From positions 32,001 through 96,000 of the forward strand of contig CAVSHF010000003.1 in assembly GCA_963727805.1 (NCBI GenBank): a stretch of 64,000 nucleotides of DNA, read 5' to 3'. Of this stretch, positions 51,568 to 61,906 are shown one piece after another; the stretch's first letter is position 1, and every line of letters starts with the position of its first letter. The DNA is from an uncultured Nitrospiraceae bacterium (GTDB lineage: Bacteria; Nitrospirota; Thermodesulfovibrionia; Thermodesulfovibrionales; Dissulfurispiraceae). The notes beneath the pieces are model-generated. The model ran no database searches. It was not told the origin of the DNA and saw nothing but the letters and a program-made list of their open reading frames with translations. A program made the position numbers and the translations under genes.

Positions 51568-52968
51568 TCATTTCCGCAATGATTCAGAATTTAATCTGTT
51601 TGCAATCTCTTTGTCTCGATCGTACTTGAATAATTGATGACACCCCGGAGCACACTGGCCACCGGTCTTCGTCTTGATAAAGTTGATCGGAACAAACCAA
51701 GTGCCAAATGCTACGGAATCCCGAATATGTCTAGGGTTATTTGTCGCGTGAGCGTCATGACAAGCCCGGCAGGTTCTACCTTTTTGCTTATTGACATGGA
51801 CGAAGTGAAGGTTCTCATTCCCATTTCTGAACCCCGTCATTGTTGTTGTCTTTTCGTCACTGGCAAGAGACTTTTCATGGCACATAAAACACAACTTATA
51901 ATTATTAATATTGTACGGGGCATAAAATACCGGAGGGAAAGGCTCTCGCAATAGCCTAAAATATTTTGAGCCATGTGGGTTGTGGCAGCTCGAACAGTCG
52001 TTTTCCCTTATAGGGCCATGCTTATCAGAATTCTTGCTCAGGAGCGTCTTCATATCAGCCACTTTGTAAGATTCCTTGGTGTATTCTCGGTCATGGCAGG
52101 TCAGGCAAAGATTGCCTGGCTGCATCAGAAGCAGCTTCCCGTAATTGGAATAGTGCGGATTATGACAGGCAAGGCATTTCTTTCCCATTTCCACAGCGCC
52201 GTGCTTGACCGTAACATCTGCCAGCTCTTGCTTCTTTGCGTCGTGGCAATTCAGACAGAGATCTTTTTCTGGGTCAGCAGAAAACATATATTTGTATGCT
52301 CCGCTATGCGGATTATGACATGTTACACAGCCGGCGTCCACGGGGGGATGGACCAACTTGCTTTTCTTGTACTCATCCGCCATATCTGAATGACAGGAAA
52401 AACAGAGGTTATTTCCCTCAGCTACCAGAATTTTCTTAAATGCGCTCTGGTGAGGTTCATGGCAGGCCCTGCAGTCGCCAACCGACACGGGTCCATGAAC
52501 GAATTTGCCATTCGCTATTTTCTTATCATGACACTTGAAGCAGAGATTAGATCCCTCCTGTTTAAGCTGGAATTTATTGGGTGATTGATGTGGATCATGG
52601 CACTGCGTGCATTTGCCCTCACCTACGGGCCGATGCACCGAATTCTGCGTATTGAGCTTGGCGTGACAGTTATAACAGAGGTCAGCTATATCCTTAATCT
52701 GCTCAAACTTATGCTTAGAGACCGGTTTATGACAGAAAGCACAGTCACCAGTTGCAACGGGGCCGTGTACAAACTTGTCCTTCCCTAAACTGCTATGACA
52801 TTTGTCCGTTATGCACGAATCCTTATTTGCAGTCTCGGCACAAATGCCATGTCTGACTCCTCCGAAGGCAAGAGGAAAGAGCAACCAGGCACCAGTCAAC
52901 ACAGCTAATATGAAAAATCGAAATGTATTTCTCCTCATTTTATCTATCCTCCCAAGGGAAATAACCAT
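51568..52968 (-). CDS. High-heme cytochrome c (13 CxxCH plus CX4CH and CX3CH)
   Basis: Repeated HxPV...CxxCHxPH / LCxxCH doubled motifs. Confidence 0.92.
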   Translation of the reverse strand: MVISLGRIDKMRRNTFRFFILAVLTGAWLLFPLAFGGVRHGICAETANKDSCITDKCHSSLGKDKFVHGPVATGDCAFCHKPVSKHKFEQIKDIADLCYNCHAKLNTQNSVHRPVGEGKCTQCHDPHQSPNKFQLKQEGSNLCFKCHDKKIANGKFVHGPVSVGDCRACHEPHQSAFKKILVAEGNNLCFSCHSDMADEYKKSKLVHPPVDAGCVTCHNPHSGAYKYMFSADPEKDLCLNCHDAKKQELADVTVKHGAVEMGKKCLACHNPHYSNYGKLLLMQPGNLCLTCHDREYTKESYKVADMKTLLSKNSDKHGPIRENDCSSCHNPHGSKYFRLLREPFPPVFYAPYNINNYKLCFMCHEKSLASDEKTTTMTGFRNGNENLHFVHVNKQKGRTCRACHDAHATNNPRHIRDSVAFGTWFVPINFIKTKTGGQCAPGCHQLFKYDRDKEIANRLNSESLRK

Positions 52969-53457
52969 ATGAATTTTCTTACATCATAACCGATATCTCA
53001 CAGTCCACACAATGGGCAATAAATATCGGCTATCTGCTGAACCTATTGAAAAGTCTACATATAAGATATAATTATCCCTGACAGATTTATCTTGTCGCCA
53101 TTCTCAGTGGTAACGATCGGACAGCGGAGGATGTCATGTTGGTCAGTGTGGATGGATAATTCTGATAAGAGACGATCAATATATATCGGGGTTCAAACAA
53201 TGACCAAAGATTGGAAAGCAATATCAGAGGCCAAATTATTACTGATCGGGCATGATCCAAGGCTTCAAGAGTCTGACACAATATCCGAATATGCTCTATT
53301 TGTGATTATTCTTGCACGCCGAAGCCATTATGGCCTACCCCCTTTGAACCGGTAAAGATGTAAAGTAGCATATTGCACTTTCGCCCCACCTCGCGGAGGG
53401 GTTTGTTATGAACAATATTGAGGACAAAAAGTCTTCCCCTCTCGACATGCAAGTACT

Positions 53458-54798
53458 TCATTGAAGAGATATCTCTTTCTTTGCCGAAGAGACCTCAAAA
53501 AGTCCGGTTTTGGGAAGGCCGAATCGCTTCGACAATGAACTAGGATATGGGAGATAGTTCAAGTTAGCCTGCAGAAATAATTTGCCTTTGAAATCTGTGG
53601 GGATTCTGAAATAAAACGTTTCTTTTCGGATCTCTGCTGCATTCAACCGATTATCAAAGATTATTTTCACCGCATCGTAAAAAGACAGGGTCTGTTTTCC
53701 TGCTTTATCTACAAAGACTGCATGATAGATTCGGCTCCCTCTCGGTATATCTTCGCCTAAAATCTCCCGATCGAACGGTCCTCTCCCTGCGACATCGTAT
53801 GTATCGGCTCCCGTCGTAACTGCCGGGATAGAGATTTTTTTATTCCCGCTGAAAGCCACCAGTTCTAGCCACATTTGTCTGAGTTCTTTACTACCCGATG
53901 GCATCTTGTGTCCTGTCATTGAATTATCAACAAGAACGTGGATTATTATTTCATCACCGGGAGACAAAACCGGCTTTTCTGCCTCCATTATCAGTGAGAT
54001 CGTCAACGCATTAGAAATCTGGGTTCTGGAATGAGCCCCTGGGAAACGGTGTGTATAAAGGGTTGAACGGTATTTTGCGCCAACACCAGACGTGCCGGAA
54101 GGATTAGCTGCCCACCCTGACCCGTAAATGGGTTTCCCTTCTTGTAGGAAACCTTTGAGATTCATGTGGCAGTCCTGACATTGAATACCCTTAGCCGAAA
54201 AGTCGCTGTTCTTCCACTCTGTAAAGGTAGATTTTACTTCAAGACCATAATGGTTAACCGCATTATGGCAGATACCACAAAACTCACTTTTCGTCTGCAG
54301 TTCGGAATAGACATGGTGCCAATTATTTGCTTCCTTAAGGGGACCTAACTTGCGTTCGATATTAGGATCCGATATGAAATTTCCGTTTTCCGGCACCTTT
54401 CCATCATACCCCTTTATGGTATGACAAAAATCACAGGCAACTCCGGACAGATCAGTATCTACTTGGTCTTTCGAAGTGATGAGTGCTTTGCGTTTGATTG
54501 AATCCACAGGGGAATGACACGCTATGCAATGTTTTGCCTCATAAACAACCCCCGGGTCTTTTTCAGCCTGGGGAAGAATTTCATTAAAGTATTGGGCTTG
54601 AAAAAGGGGGTCTGAAAAGGCTTTCGCATGCTGAGATTCAGAATACTGATCGAAGATGGTGTCGTGACAGTTCTGGCATGTTAGGGCTGGCAGATAATCT
54701 TTAGACCTTCCAGGGGAGTCTCCCAGCGGTTGAGCAGCCGACGTTACAATACAACAGAAAGCGCAAAGCCAAATCGTCAGAATCATCAAGGTTCTCAT
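53458..54798 (-). CDS. Pentaheme cytochrome c (c554-like)
   Basis: Signal peptide; CQNCH, CIACH, CDFCH, CGICH, CQDCH; TGHKMPSG C-terminal domain. Confidence 0.88.
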   Translation of the reverse strand: MRTLMILTIWLCAFCCIVTSAAQPLGDSPGRSKDYLPALTCQNCHDTIFDQYSESQHAKAFSDPLFQAQYFNEILPQAEKDPGVVYEAKHCIACHSPVDSIKRKALITSKDQVDTDLSGVACDFCHTIKGYDGKVPENGNFISDPNIERKLGPLKEANNWHHVYSELQTKSEFCGICHNAVNHYGLEVKSTFTEWKNSDFSAKGIQCQDCHMNLKGFLQEGKPIYGSGWAANPSGTSGVGAKYRSTLYTHRFPGAHSRTQISNALTISLIMEAEKPVLSPGDEIIIHVLVDNSMTGHKMPSGSKELRQMWLELVAFSGNKKISIPAVTTGADTYDVAGRGPFDREILGEDIPRGSRIYHAVFVDKAGKQTLSFYDAVKIIFDNRLNAAEIRKETFYFRIPTDFKGKLFLQANLNYLPYPSSLSKRFGLPKTGLFEVSSAKKEISLQ

Positions 54799-54976
54799 TT
54801 TAGTGGCTCCTTACTGCATGATCTCCTCAAGCACGCCGGGTGATTGAAGTCGTCTTTATAAGAACAGCATAGCTATCATTGCCACCTCCGTCAAATCCAT
54901 TGATTCAATGATACAATAAGGGTATTACAATTTTAGCCTAATTTTTAATATCTCAACTGCGATCTCCGTCGAGAAG

Positions 54977-55186
54977 TATCGGGTCTGAGTTGACGTCATA
55001 AAAACGTCATACATTTAGCAGAAAACAACGGAATCTATAGGAATCCATAGGAAAACTCACAACACTAAAAAAGGTTATTAAACCAGTCTGTTATGTAAAA
55101 TATTTAGGTATTTCAAGCCTCATTAAAAAACCTATCTACGTCCGCTCAAGGCTAAGACACGAGTTCGACTCCTGTTGGGACTACCA
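54977..55186 (+). other. Integration-site (att) scar copy 3, ending in a tRNA-Glu 3' half
   Basis: Same arm repeats as copies 1 and 2, then CTCAAGGCTAAGACACGAGTTCGACTCCTGTTGGGACTACCA (T-arm, acceptor 3' strand, CCA). Confidence 0.85.
55144..55186 (+). pseudogene. Displaced 3' half of tRNA-Glu(CTC)
   Basis: Anticodon loop CTCTCAA in the sister copies; GTTCGACTC T-loop; ACCA end; no 5' half; followed by an AGGAGTT...AACTCCT hairpin. Confidence 0.75.
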
Positions 55187-55326
55187 CTAAAAATCAAGGA
55201 GTTAGCCAACAACTCCTGTTTTATTTTCACGTCAGGTATCCAAAATGTCGCACATCCAAATAAGCCACTGCTTTTCTCAAATTATCTACGGATAAATGTG
55301 CATAGCGTTTTGTTATCCGTAAGTCC

Positions 55327-55578
55327 TTATAAGAGAGCAGAAGTATTAATCGTGTGCAAATTTACAGCACCAGCTTGCCTCAGGTAGCTGACGTAGGTGT
55401 GGCATAGGTCATGCCAGTGGAAAATTTGGATACCAGCGACTGTCAACACCTTCTTGAACGCACGTTGTACATTTACTGTGTGGATGGGCTTGCCGTTGAG
55501 AAGGAATACATTACCAGACGGCACAGCAACATCCCTGAGTTTCAATAATGTGCTGTACGCCTTCTCAGTGGGAGGTAC
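55327..55578 (-). pseudogene. Tyrosine integrase remnant
   Basis: VPPTEKAYSTL...VFLLNGKPI...AFKKVLTVAGI..FHWHDLCHTYVSYLRQAG (degenerate HDLRH box); points toward the att scar. Confidence 0.8.
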
Positions 55579-55898
55579 AGAGTATCTGGTGTTTTATAAT
55601 TTCCATAGATTGTAAGACTCGCGGGCTTAAAAGACCCCTCCAATTCCTTGCTGCTAAAGGAGGGTTACATATGGTCCGTTGTTGTTAAAGTGATAATGTG
55701 CTATAGTTGCAGAAAGATGTAAATAGGAATTTTGTATATGAATTGTTAAGGATAGATGAACGACAAAGGGACAGAGTGATTATGTTTGATTACCACAGCA
55801 ATCGGTAATAGATACTCTGTCGAATTCAAATATCAGCTGTTTTTAGTAACAAATACTGGTCAAGAAATCCAGACTTTGTCCAAATTGAGGAGAGAGGC

Positions 55899-56375
55899 AT
55901 GAAAGGTCAGGACTGGCTTTTAAAGGCGATATTTTCAGAGGCTGTTAAACTTGATGACATTTCGTTTTTCAGAGAACTATTAAAGGAAGAGACATCCGAC
56001 AAAAAAATCCGGCTTCAGATGGTGAAAAGAATGATTGACAATTCAGAAGGAATGAAAAGGTACATTTATCAGGAAAAATCTATAACCCTTATGACGATGC
56101 TCGCAAGTGAGATTCACTGGCATCTCATATTTGCGGTGAACAGAAGACATGTCGGCGACAAGAAGGCACTTGTCGGATGGAATGGAAAATACAGCAGTAT
56201 ATTTAAAAAGAGCTTGGATAATTTAAAGAAAAGTCTGTTTGACCTTCGCGGAAAGTGGAAATACGGTGACCCGAATTCGGATGAAATCATTGAAGCTATG
56301 AATATGCTTGAAGATTCCGCAGAGGGAATATTGGAGGAAATAGAAGCCTATAAGACCCGAAAATCAGATGATTAA
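55899..56375 (+). CDS. Hypothetical protein
   Basis: 158-aa ORF with GAGGAG RBS; no recognised motif. Confidence 0.6.
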   Translation: MKGQDWLLKAIFSEAVKLDDISFFRELLKEETSDKKIRLQMVKRMIDNSEGMKRYIYQEKSITLMTMLASEIHWHLIFAVNRRHVGDKKALVGWNGKYSSIFKKSLDNLKKSLFDLRGKWKYGDPNSDEIIEAMNMLEDSAEGILEEIEAYKTRKSDD

Positions 56376-56653
56376 TCTGATGTTGTGGTTACCTCATGGC
56401 CTGGCAGACGATATCATTTAGCTCCACACCTTGCAAGTTTTTGAAAACAAACGTGACCTGTTGCCGTTAGGTTCTCACAGGCTATCGAAAAAGCTTATCC
56501 TGAATACACTGATGGGGACAAACGAAAAGTGTATCAGTGGTCGTTTCAACAATTCACCAAGAAATGCCATTACCATGGGACCTGTTAAAATCACCGTCTA
56601 TAATGCTCTCAACAATCCCTCCACGCGATAATCAAAGTTCTTCCGCTGTAACA

Positions 56654-57823
56654 CTAAAACGTCGGGGTAGGCATTGTGCCCCAGCCGGTTTCCTTCGGCA
56701 GATCCTTAAAAGTGAGGATAGTCAGATTATGGATATCCACGTCCACCATAAACTGAGGGACCCTTGTAGAGTTTATTGAGAAGAAATCGTATGGTTCATT
56801 GATTGTCCCATCTGAAACCCTCAGGAAAACCAGTCTTCTAACTACTCCGTGGTTCAAATCATGCGATGCATGATTAAGGACAGAATGGTGTCCCGACAAG
56901 TGACTGAAAGGGTGAAGTATCCAATCGATAAATCTGCTTATAGTAACGTGTCTATGGTAAAGTCGCCACTCATCTCCCGTATCTGCAATGAGTCCCTGCA
57001 TAATGTAATCCACGGGCATGAAATAGACAAGATACTTTTCATTATCTTTCATTTTCGTCTTCACCCCGGTCATCGAGAGGATATCATTCATTCTATGTTC
57101 CATCTTTTGCGTGTCATCCGAAAGGAGCGCAAGTGCAACTACGTTTGGACTTGTCCAGAGGGGAAGGTGCTCTAATGTATAGTACCTTAGAGCAAAGGCA
57201 CCTCCGATTGTAAATACGACAATCAGAACAAACAGTGCAATTTTCCCCATGACGCCTTCAGGAATTAAACGTCTTTCGATCTTCTTTGGCAGGAACATGC
57301 CTGTTCTTTCCATATACGATTCGTAAGTCTCCGGATGCCCTTTCAGCATTCTCCTTTCTTCGTCTTTAGAAAGGAAATAATAAATCACTATCATGATAAG
57401 CCAGAGAGGAATTACGAGGAATCTCGGCCATAGAACGGAAAGACCGATGCCCGCCATGGCCAGTCCGACGTATTGGGGGTGCCTCACAATGGAATAGAAA
57501 CCTTTTAAGGCGGTACCCTTCTTCAGGAATTTATGCGTATATACTTGCAATGCGCAAATGATAAACACAGTCGCACCCGACACAAAAAGAACTGAACCCA
57601 TTATTCGTATGAACTTCAGGAAATCATCTGGCGGTATGACCATATGCGGAAGGAAGAAAGCGCTCAGCCATTTAGTGGCGGGATACTTTGTGGTTTCAAG
57701 AAGAAATGGGTTGAACACTGAATAGAAAAATCCGGCGAACGGACTTATCATTATCAGGATTTCAAACCCGACAATAAAGTAAAGCACGATTGCGCTATTT
57801 AAAATTGCCTTAGTCTTGTTCAT
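56654..57823 (-). CDS. ICMT/PEMT-like membrane methyltransferase with C-terminal extension
   Basis: GFYSIVRHPQYVG...DEERRM...YESYMERTGMFLP. Confidence 0.85.
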   Translation of the reverse strand: MNKTKAILNSAIVLYFIVGFEILIMISPFAGFFYSVFNPFLLETTKYPATKWLSAFFLPHMVIPPDDFLKFIRIMGSVLFVSGATVFIICALQVYTHKFLKKGTALKGFYSIVRHPQYVGLAMAGIGLSVLWPRFLVIPLWLIMIVIYYFLSKDEERRMLKGHPETYESYMERTGMFLPKKIERRLIPEGVMGKIALFVLIVVFTIGGAFALRYYTLEHLPLWTSPNVVALALLSDDTQKMEHRMNDILSMTGVKTKMKDNEKYLVYFMPVDYIMQGLIADTGDEWRLYHRHVTISRFIDWILHPFSHLSGHHSVLNHASHDLNHGVVRRLVFLRVSDGTINEPYDFFSINSTRVPQFMVDVDIHNLTILTFKDLPKETGWGTMPTPTF

Positions 57824-57965
57824 TGCAGAACCCCCTTAAAGTGTCTACACGAAGCTTTTTATTGAAAAAACTCAACAAGCCTTCAGACGAGAAAAAAATA
57901 TGTTAATGTGATCACGTTTATTGCCAGATGGATTCCTGAATGGCTCCAACTACAATTACCGGCAG

Positions 57966-58313
57966 CTAAACAAAAAGATAGCAGGTCGGAGGCTTAAGAG
58001 GAGGGTCTGACAATACTTCCAGAATAGGATCGGAAACAAATGGAATGTCGGAGTGCAGCGATGCAGGGGTTTGTGGCACAGTTACTGGGTTGCTCACATG
58101 AAAAACAAAGGCCGGATGAACGTGAGACGACTCTTTGCCGCTATCCTCCCGGCTCGATGGGTATGAGTGTTTGTGCTCCTTCATCGGGCTGCTATGGGAG
58201 ACATGGTAAGAGATGAAGGCTGATTTAGCCGCCCATCCGTGTGGGCAGGTATTCTGAATGCCGATTGCAATTACCAGGGCTGCTATCAATGCGCGAATCG
58301 ACAGGGTTAACAC
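57966..58313 (-). CDS. Small His-rich exported protein (GTG start at 58313)
   Basis: AAGGAGG RBS before GTG; hydrophobic N-terminus, His-rich middle, C-terminal PPLKPP. Confidence 0.55.
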   Translation of the reverse strand: MLTLSIRALIAALVIAIGIQNTCPHGWAAKSAFISYHVSHSSPMKEHKHSYPSSREDSGKESSHVHPAFVFHVSNPVTVPQTPASLHSDIPFVSDPILEVLSDPPLKPPTCYLFV

Positions 58314-58576
58314 TTTAACCTCCTTTAACGCTGGATCAAAAAGCATTCCGAACTTCCAACTAAAACTGTAATATATTATAACAGCAATGGACAAGGCGTT
58401 ATCTGCAGCGGCCTTGGCCGACGGATGGCTTGACACCGAATGATGCCACCCCTGAAATCTGATTTCATCAACCACCCGCGACGGATAACGGCCATTTCCT
58501 TTATGAAAGCCAATATGGCCGGTATTGCCCAACCTGGAGCAAGCAGTGATAAGCGTTTTTACGGAAAGGTGATTCA

Positions 58577-59563
58577 TTATTTAATGAAATACTGCGATAT
58601 ATACCTTAATGCCAAAAAACATATGATGATGCCCAGGATTAGCTTAATATACTTTTGGGGGACGAACTTCTGGCACCTAGCACCAAGATATATACCTATA
58701 AAACCACCGACGCCAAATAGAAATCCAAGAGGCCAGTCAGGCATGGTAGAGACACCGCAGGAGATGGGTGCGAGTGCATAAAAAGCGACACCTGCGAAAG
58801 ATGTAATAAAAGTTCCCATGAGTGCAGCACCAGCAATCGTGTATACTGGCAGGTGAAATACAGCTACACAGAACGGCGCGATGATCGCCCCTCCGCCTAT
58901 GCCGTACGTGCCTCCGATAATGCCTACAATAAATGCGAGCACGAACATGCCGATCGTGCTGTAGGAGAAGCGTTCGCCCCAGAACTCATATTCAATCCTG
59001 GTAAATGAGACAGATATCGTCTTTACCAAAGCATCCTTTGGAAGTCCCGCCGCAACTTTTGACTTCTGCTGTTTCCTGATCTCCTCAGCTCGCTCCTTGA
59101 ATTTCTTCTCAAGGGCCTTATTTGCTGCGCCTTTTCCCTTGGCTTTGCCCGTGAATTCATACAGGAGTCTTGTTCCAATGTAAAGTAAGATGCAGCCGAC
59201 AAACAACTTGAAAGCTCTCGGATCAGGCAGACAGAGCACCCGGATGTAATAGCCAAGAAAAACACCAGGAAGCGTGCCGAGGATCACTACCCAAGTGAGG
59301 GGCCATGCCATCCGGCCTTCTTTGAGGAAGCGATAAATGCCGCTGGGGATAGCTACTATATTGAAAATAAAGTTGGTCCCACTTACCGAAGGACTCGTAA
59401 AATGCAGGAAACTCATCTGAAAGGGCAGCAGCAGAAAAGCACCAGATACTCCGCCCATCGAGGTAAAAAATGATACTATCAGGGCCACAATCGGAGGGAT
59501 AAGAACGTTGGTAGTTACTCCAGACACCGGGAACGTATAATTCAGAAACTCGAACATTGGCAT
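58577..59563 (-). CDS. TauE/SafE (TSUP) permease
   Basis: SMGGVSGAFLLLP and GGTYGIGGGAIIAP motifs; about 8 TM helices. Confidence 0.92.
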   Translation of the reverse strand: MPMFEFLNYTFPVSGVTTNVLIPPIVALIVSFFTSMGGVSGAFLLLPFQMSFLHFTSPSVSGTNFIFNIVAIPSGIYRFLKEGRMAWPLTWVVILGTLPGVFLGYYIRVLCLPDPRAFKLFVGCILLYIGTRLLYEFTGKAKGKGAANKALEKKFKERAEEIRKQQKSKVAAGLPKDALVKTISVSFTRIEYEFWGERFSYSTIGMFVLAFIVGIIGGTYGIGGGAIIAPFCVAVFHLPVYTIAGAALMGTFITSFAGVAFYALAPISCGVSTMPDWPLGFLFGVGGFIGIYLGARCQKFVPQKYIKLILGIIICFLALRYISQYFIK

Positions 59564-59654
59564 CCCCCTTTCAGCAGAATGGCATGAGGCACAGAAAAGA
59601 GTGCGTTTTCCGCTTGAGGAGTTTGCATCTTCGGCCTCCTATGTGAGCTTGGAA

Positions 59655-59720
59655 TTGACAGCACTGACACGATTTATATAATATTAGTGCTAGTATATCA
59701 GGACTCTTCATGGGTGTCAA
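59655..59720. promoter_or_regulatory. Overlapping opposed sigma70 promoters
   Basis: Plus strand TTGACA(59655)-16-TATAAT(59677); minus strand TTGACA(59720)-17-TATACT(59697). Confidence 0.75.
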
Positions 59721-59775
59721 GGCAGTTTTCCTGATGAGTCGATCAAGACAAAATGCGTTTCTCTGTGAGGGATAA

Positions 59776-60867
59776 TTGAAGACCAAAGGAAAATCAACCA
59801 AGATATTGTCGGCGGTGGAAAGGCCGCCCCGCAAACGCATTATTTCCACTATTGAAGCGGACCAATTTCTGGATACAGTCGGACTCAACAGGATGGAGCA
59901 ATCTTTTCGCGGATGGGTGAATGTATCACTTCGCGCAGACGTACGCCTCGCTCGCCGGCGCATTTTGCTCATCTTTCTGTTGATACGTTACACTGGAGCC
60001 AAGCTGAATGAGGTGTCACGCCTTGACCCGTTTCACGATATCGACCATGAGAGACAATCCATCTTCTTTCGTAACGCCACCAGCGTAGAGCAAAGCGCTA
60101 GGGAAGTCCAGATCTCCGAAGCCCTTTCCCGGGAGATTAGCTCCATGCTTGACGATCCTGATTTCGCGGCGTCGATACGTGAAACTTTCAGCATAGACCC
60201 CGCCTTTGTGCGACGAAAATTCTACGAGCGGGCACAGGCGTGCGGGCTCCCGAAACGGCTGGGAGGTCCGGAGATGATCCGGAAAGCCCGGGGCACTGAA
60301 CTGATGCAGGGCAACGTGCCCCTACCGGCTGTCCAGAAGATGTTGGGACATTCGACACCCAACCTTACGTCTTCCTATATATCGTTCTCCGAAGAGGAGA
60401 TTAGACAAGTAACGAGATATTTCATGGAAAAGGAATCATCCCGAAAGACAAGTGCACGAAACTTCTTTTTTGGAAAGATCCAGGTAATTAAACGCGGCGA
60501 TATACAGAGTCAGGTAGAGTTGGTCACAGTTGAGGGTTATCAGATCACCACAATAATCACCAATGACAGCATGGGGCGACTCGGTTTGAAAGTAGGGAAC
60601 CTGATAACGGCCGAAGTGAAAGCGCCATGGGTCATTTTGCAAAAAGGTGGTATAGAGCCTGAAAGTTCAGCAGACAATAGATTCAAGGGTATCGTAGAAA
60701 AGGTCAGCAACGGAGCGGTCAACACGGAGTACGTTGTGCGCATATCAGATCGAATTGAGCTATGCTCTGTTGTCAGCACAGAAAGCAGCGAGCTACTCGA
60801 TCTTAAGAAGGGCGATACTATTTGGGTCCTATTCAATTGTTATTCAGTGGTATTGCATGTTGATTGA
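59776..60867 (+). CDS. TunR-family regulator (degenerate XerC/D-like domain plus two TOBE domains)
   Basis: YTGAKLNE, EMIRK and LGHS...Y integrase-like boxes; KTSARNFFFG and SSADNRFKG TOBE repeats. Confidence 0.85.
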   Translation: MKTKGKSTKILSAVERPPRKRIISTIEADQFLDTVGLNRMEQSFRGWVNVSLRADVRLARRRILLIFLLIRYTGAKLNEVSRLDPFHDIDHERQSIFFRNATSVEQSAREVQISEALSREISSMLDDPDFAASIRETFSIDPAFVRRKFYERAQACGLPKRLGGPEMIRKARGTELMQGNVPLPAVQKMLGHSTPNLTSSYISFSEEEIRQVTRYFMEKESSRKTSARNFFFGKIQVIKRGDIQSQVELVTVEGYQITTIITNDSMGRLGLKVGNLITAEVKAPWVILQKGGIEPESSADNRFKGIVEKVSNGAVNTEYVVRISDRIELCSVVSTESSELLDLKKGDTIWVLFNCYSVVLHVD

Positions 60868-61219
60868 AGAACAGTTGCTTATGCCATAAGTTCGGTAGGC
60901 GGTACAGCTTATTGCGTTAGTGATGGGTCCCAAATAGAATTATTGCAGCGGAGAGACACGAACAGCTCCGCTCTCGAGCTGGTAGAAACGTTGAGCAATA
61001 AGCCGTATCCCTAAAAATGCTGATTATAAGTCGCACACGATGGCGGGCGCTAGCAATATGTCGGTTGCATGTTACGTCGTGTAGTCTTCTAGTAATAAGA
61101 CGTGATTCCTCGCTTCGGCAAGATTCGATCAGTTTACGCCAGCTCTACTCATAATTGAGAGGTGCACACGCCAAGATGAAGACGCTATGTTCCAAAATAT
61201 AATTCATACGGGCTAACTC

Positions 61220-61570
61220 TTAACACTTCCCGCAGACAGATCCCAGGTCCTTGCCGCGACGGAATTTCTCAAGCCTTTCTTTGTCCTTCTGAACTCCTTC
61301 CCCATTGGCCCTCTCTAGTACGGAAATCACCAGAAATCTTCTGAAGATATCTGATTCGTCGAGACGATAATGAATCCATTTACCGTGTTTTGTGTCCTTT
61401 ACCAAGCCCGCATCCTTCAGTGTTGCAAGATGGAAGGAGACCTTCGGCTGAACAATATCAAGAGCGGCAACGATTTCGCAAACGCAAAGTTCACCATGTT
61501 CGAGAAGTTTGAGTATCCTGAGTCTCGTCTCGTCGGTAAGGGCCTTAAAAACTTGTATCATATCCTGCAT
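61220..61570 (-). CDS. arsR: ArsR/SmtB repressor
   Basis: FKALTDETRLRIL, ELCVCE As(III)-sensing motif, SFHLATLKDAGLV; GGAGG RBS before ATG 61570. Confidence 0.92.
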   Translation of the reverse strand: MQDMIQVFKALTDETRLRILKLLEHGELCVCEIVAALDIVQPKVSFHLATLKDAGLVKDTKHGKWIHYRLDESDIFRRFLVISVLERANGEGVQKDKERLEKFRRGKDLGSVCGKC

Positions 61571-61699
61571 TCTCTTTGAAAACCTCCGCAATGATCGTAT
61601 AATCTTAGATATATTTAAATATATCATAATTATTCAGGCTTTACGAACAAGCGACAAATAATGTCAAGTAATCATTGGTTATAGCTGACGTCAGAGGTA

Positions 61700-61737
61700 T
61701 TGACAAGAATTTATCATATATATGAAAGTATATGTGA
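61700..61737 (+). promoter_or_regulatory. acr3 promoter -35 and putative ArsR operator
   Basis: TTGACA at 61700; imperfect palindrome TCATATATA-N6-TATATGTGA at 61714-61737. Confidence 0.55.
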
Positions 61738-61906
61738 CATCATTGAGACCTAACTGATTAAAAAAAGGTGAGGGGCTTCAAAAGGATTGTAATTGTATTA
61801 CTATTGAGATGTTGTTATGCTCCATTCTCATGGTCAAAAGTGGGAGGCAATGATATGGGCTACAATGAAGAAAGACGGGCAATGCTTTGGGAGATAAAGT
61901 AATTTA

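Noticed and set aside
55110..55186. Intact tRNA gene
   Set aside because: Only the anticodon loop to CCA is present; no D-arm or 5' acceptor strand, and the T-stem has mismatches.
57966..58577. 203-aa ORF start at 58577
   Set aside because: A strong RBS and hydrophobic leader point to the GTG at 58313; the upstream part looks non-coding.
59776..60867. Active phage integrase marking a prophage or island boundary
   Set aside because: Catalytic Arg and His boxes are substituted and TOBE domains are fused; this fits a TunR-type regulator.
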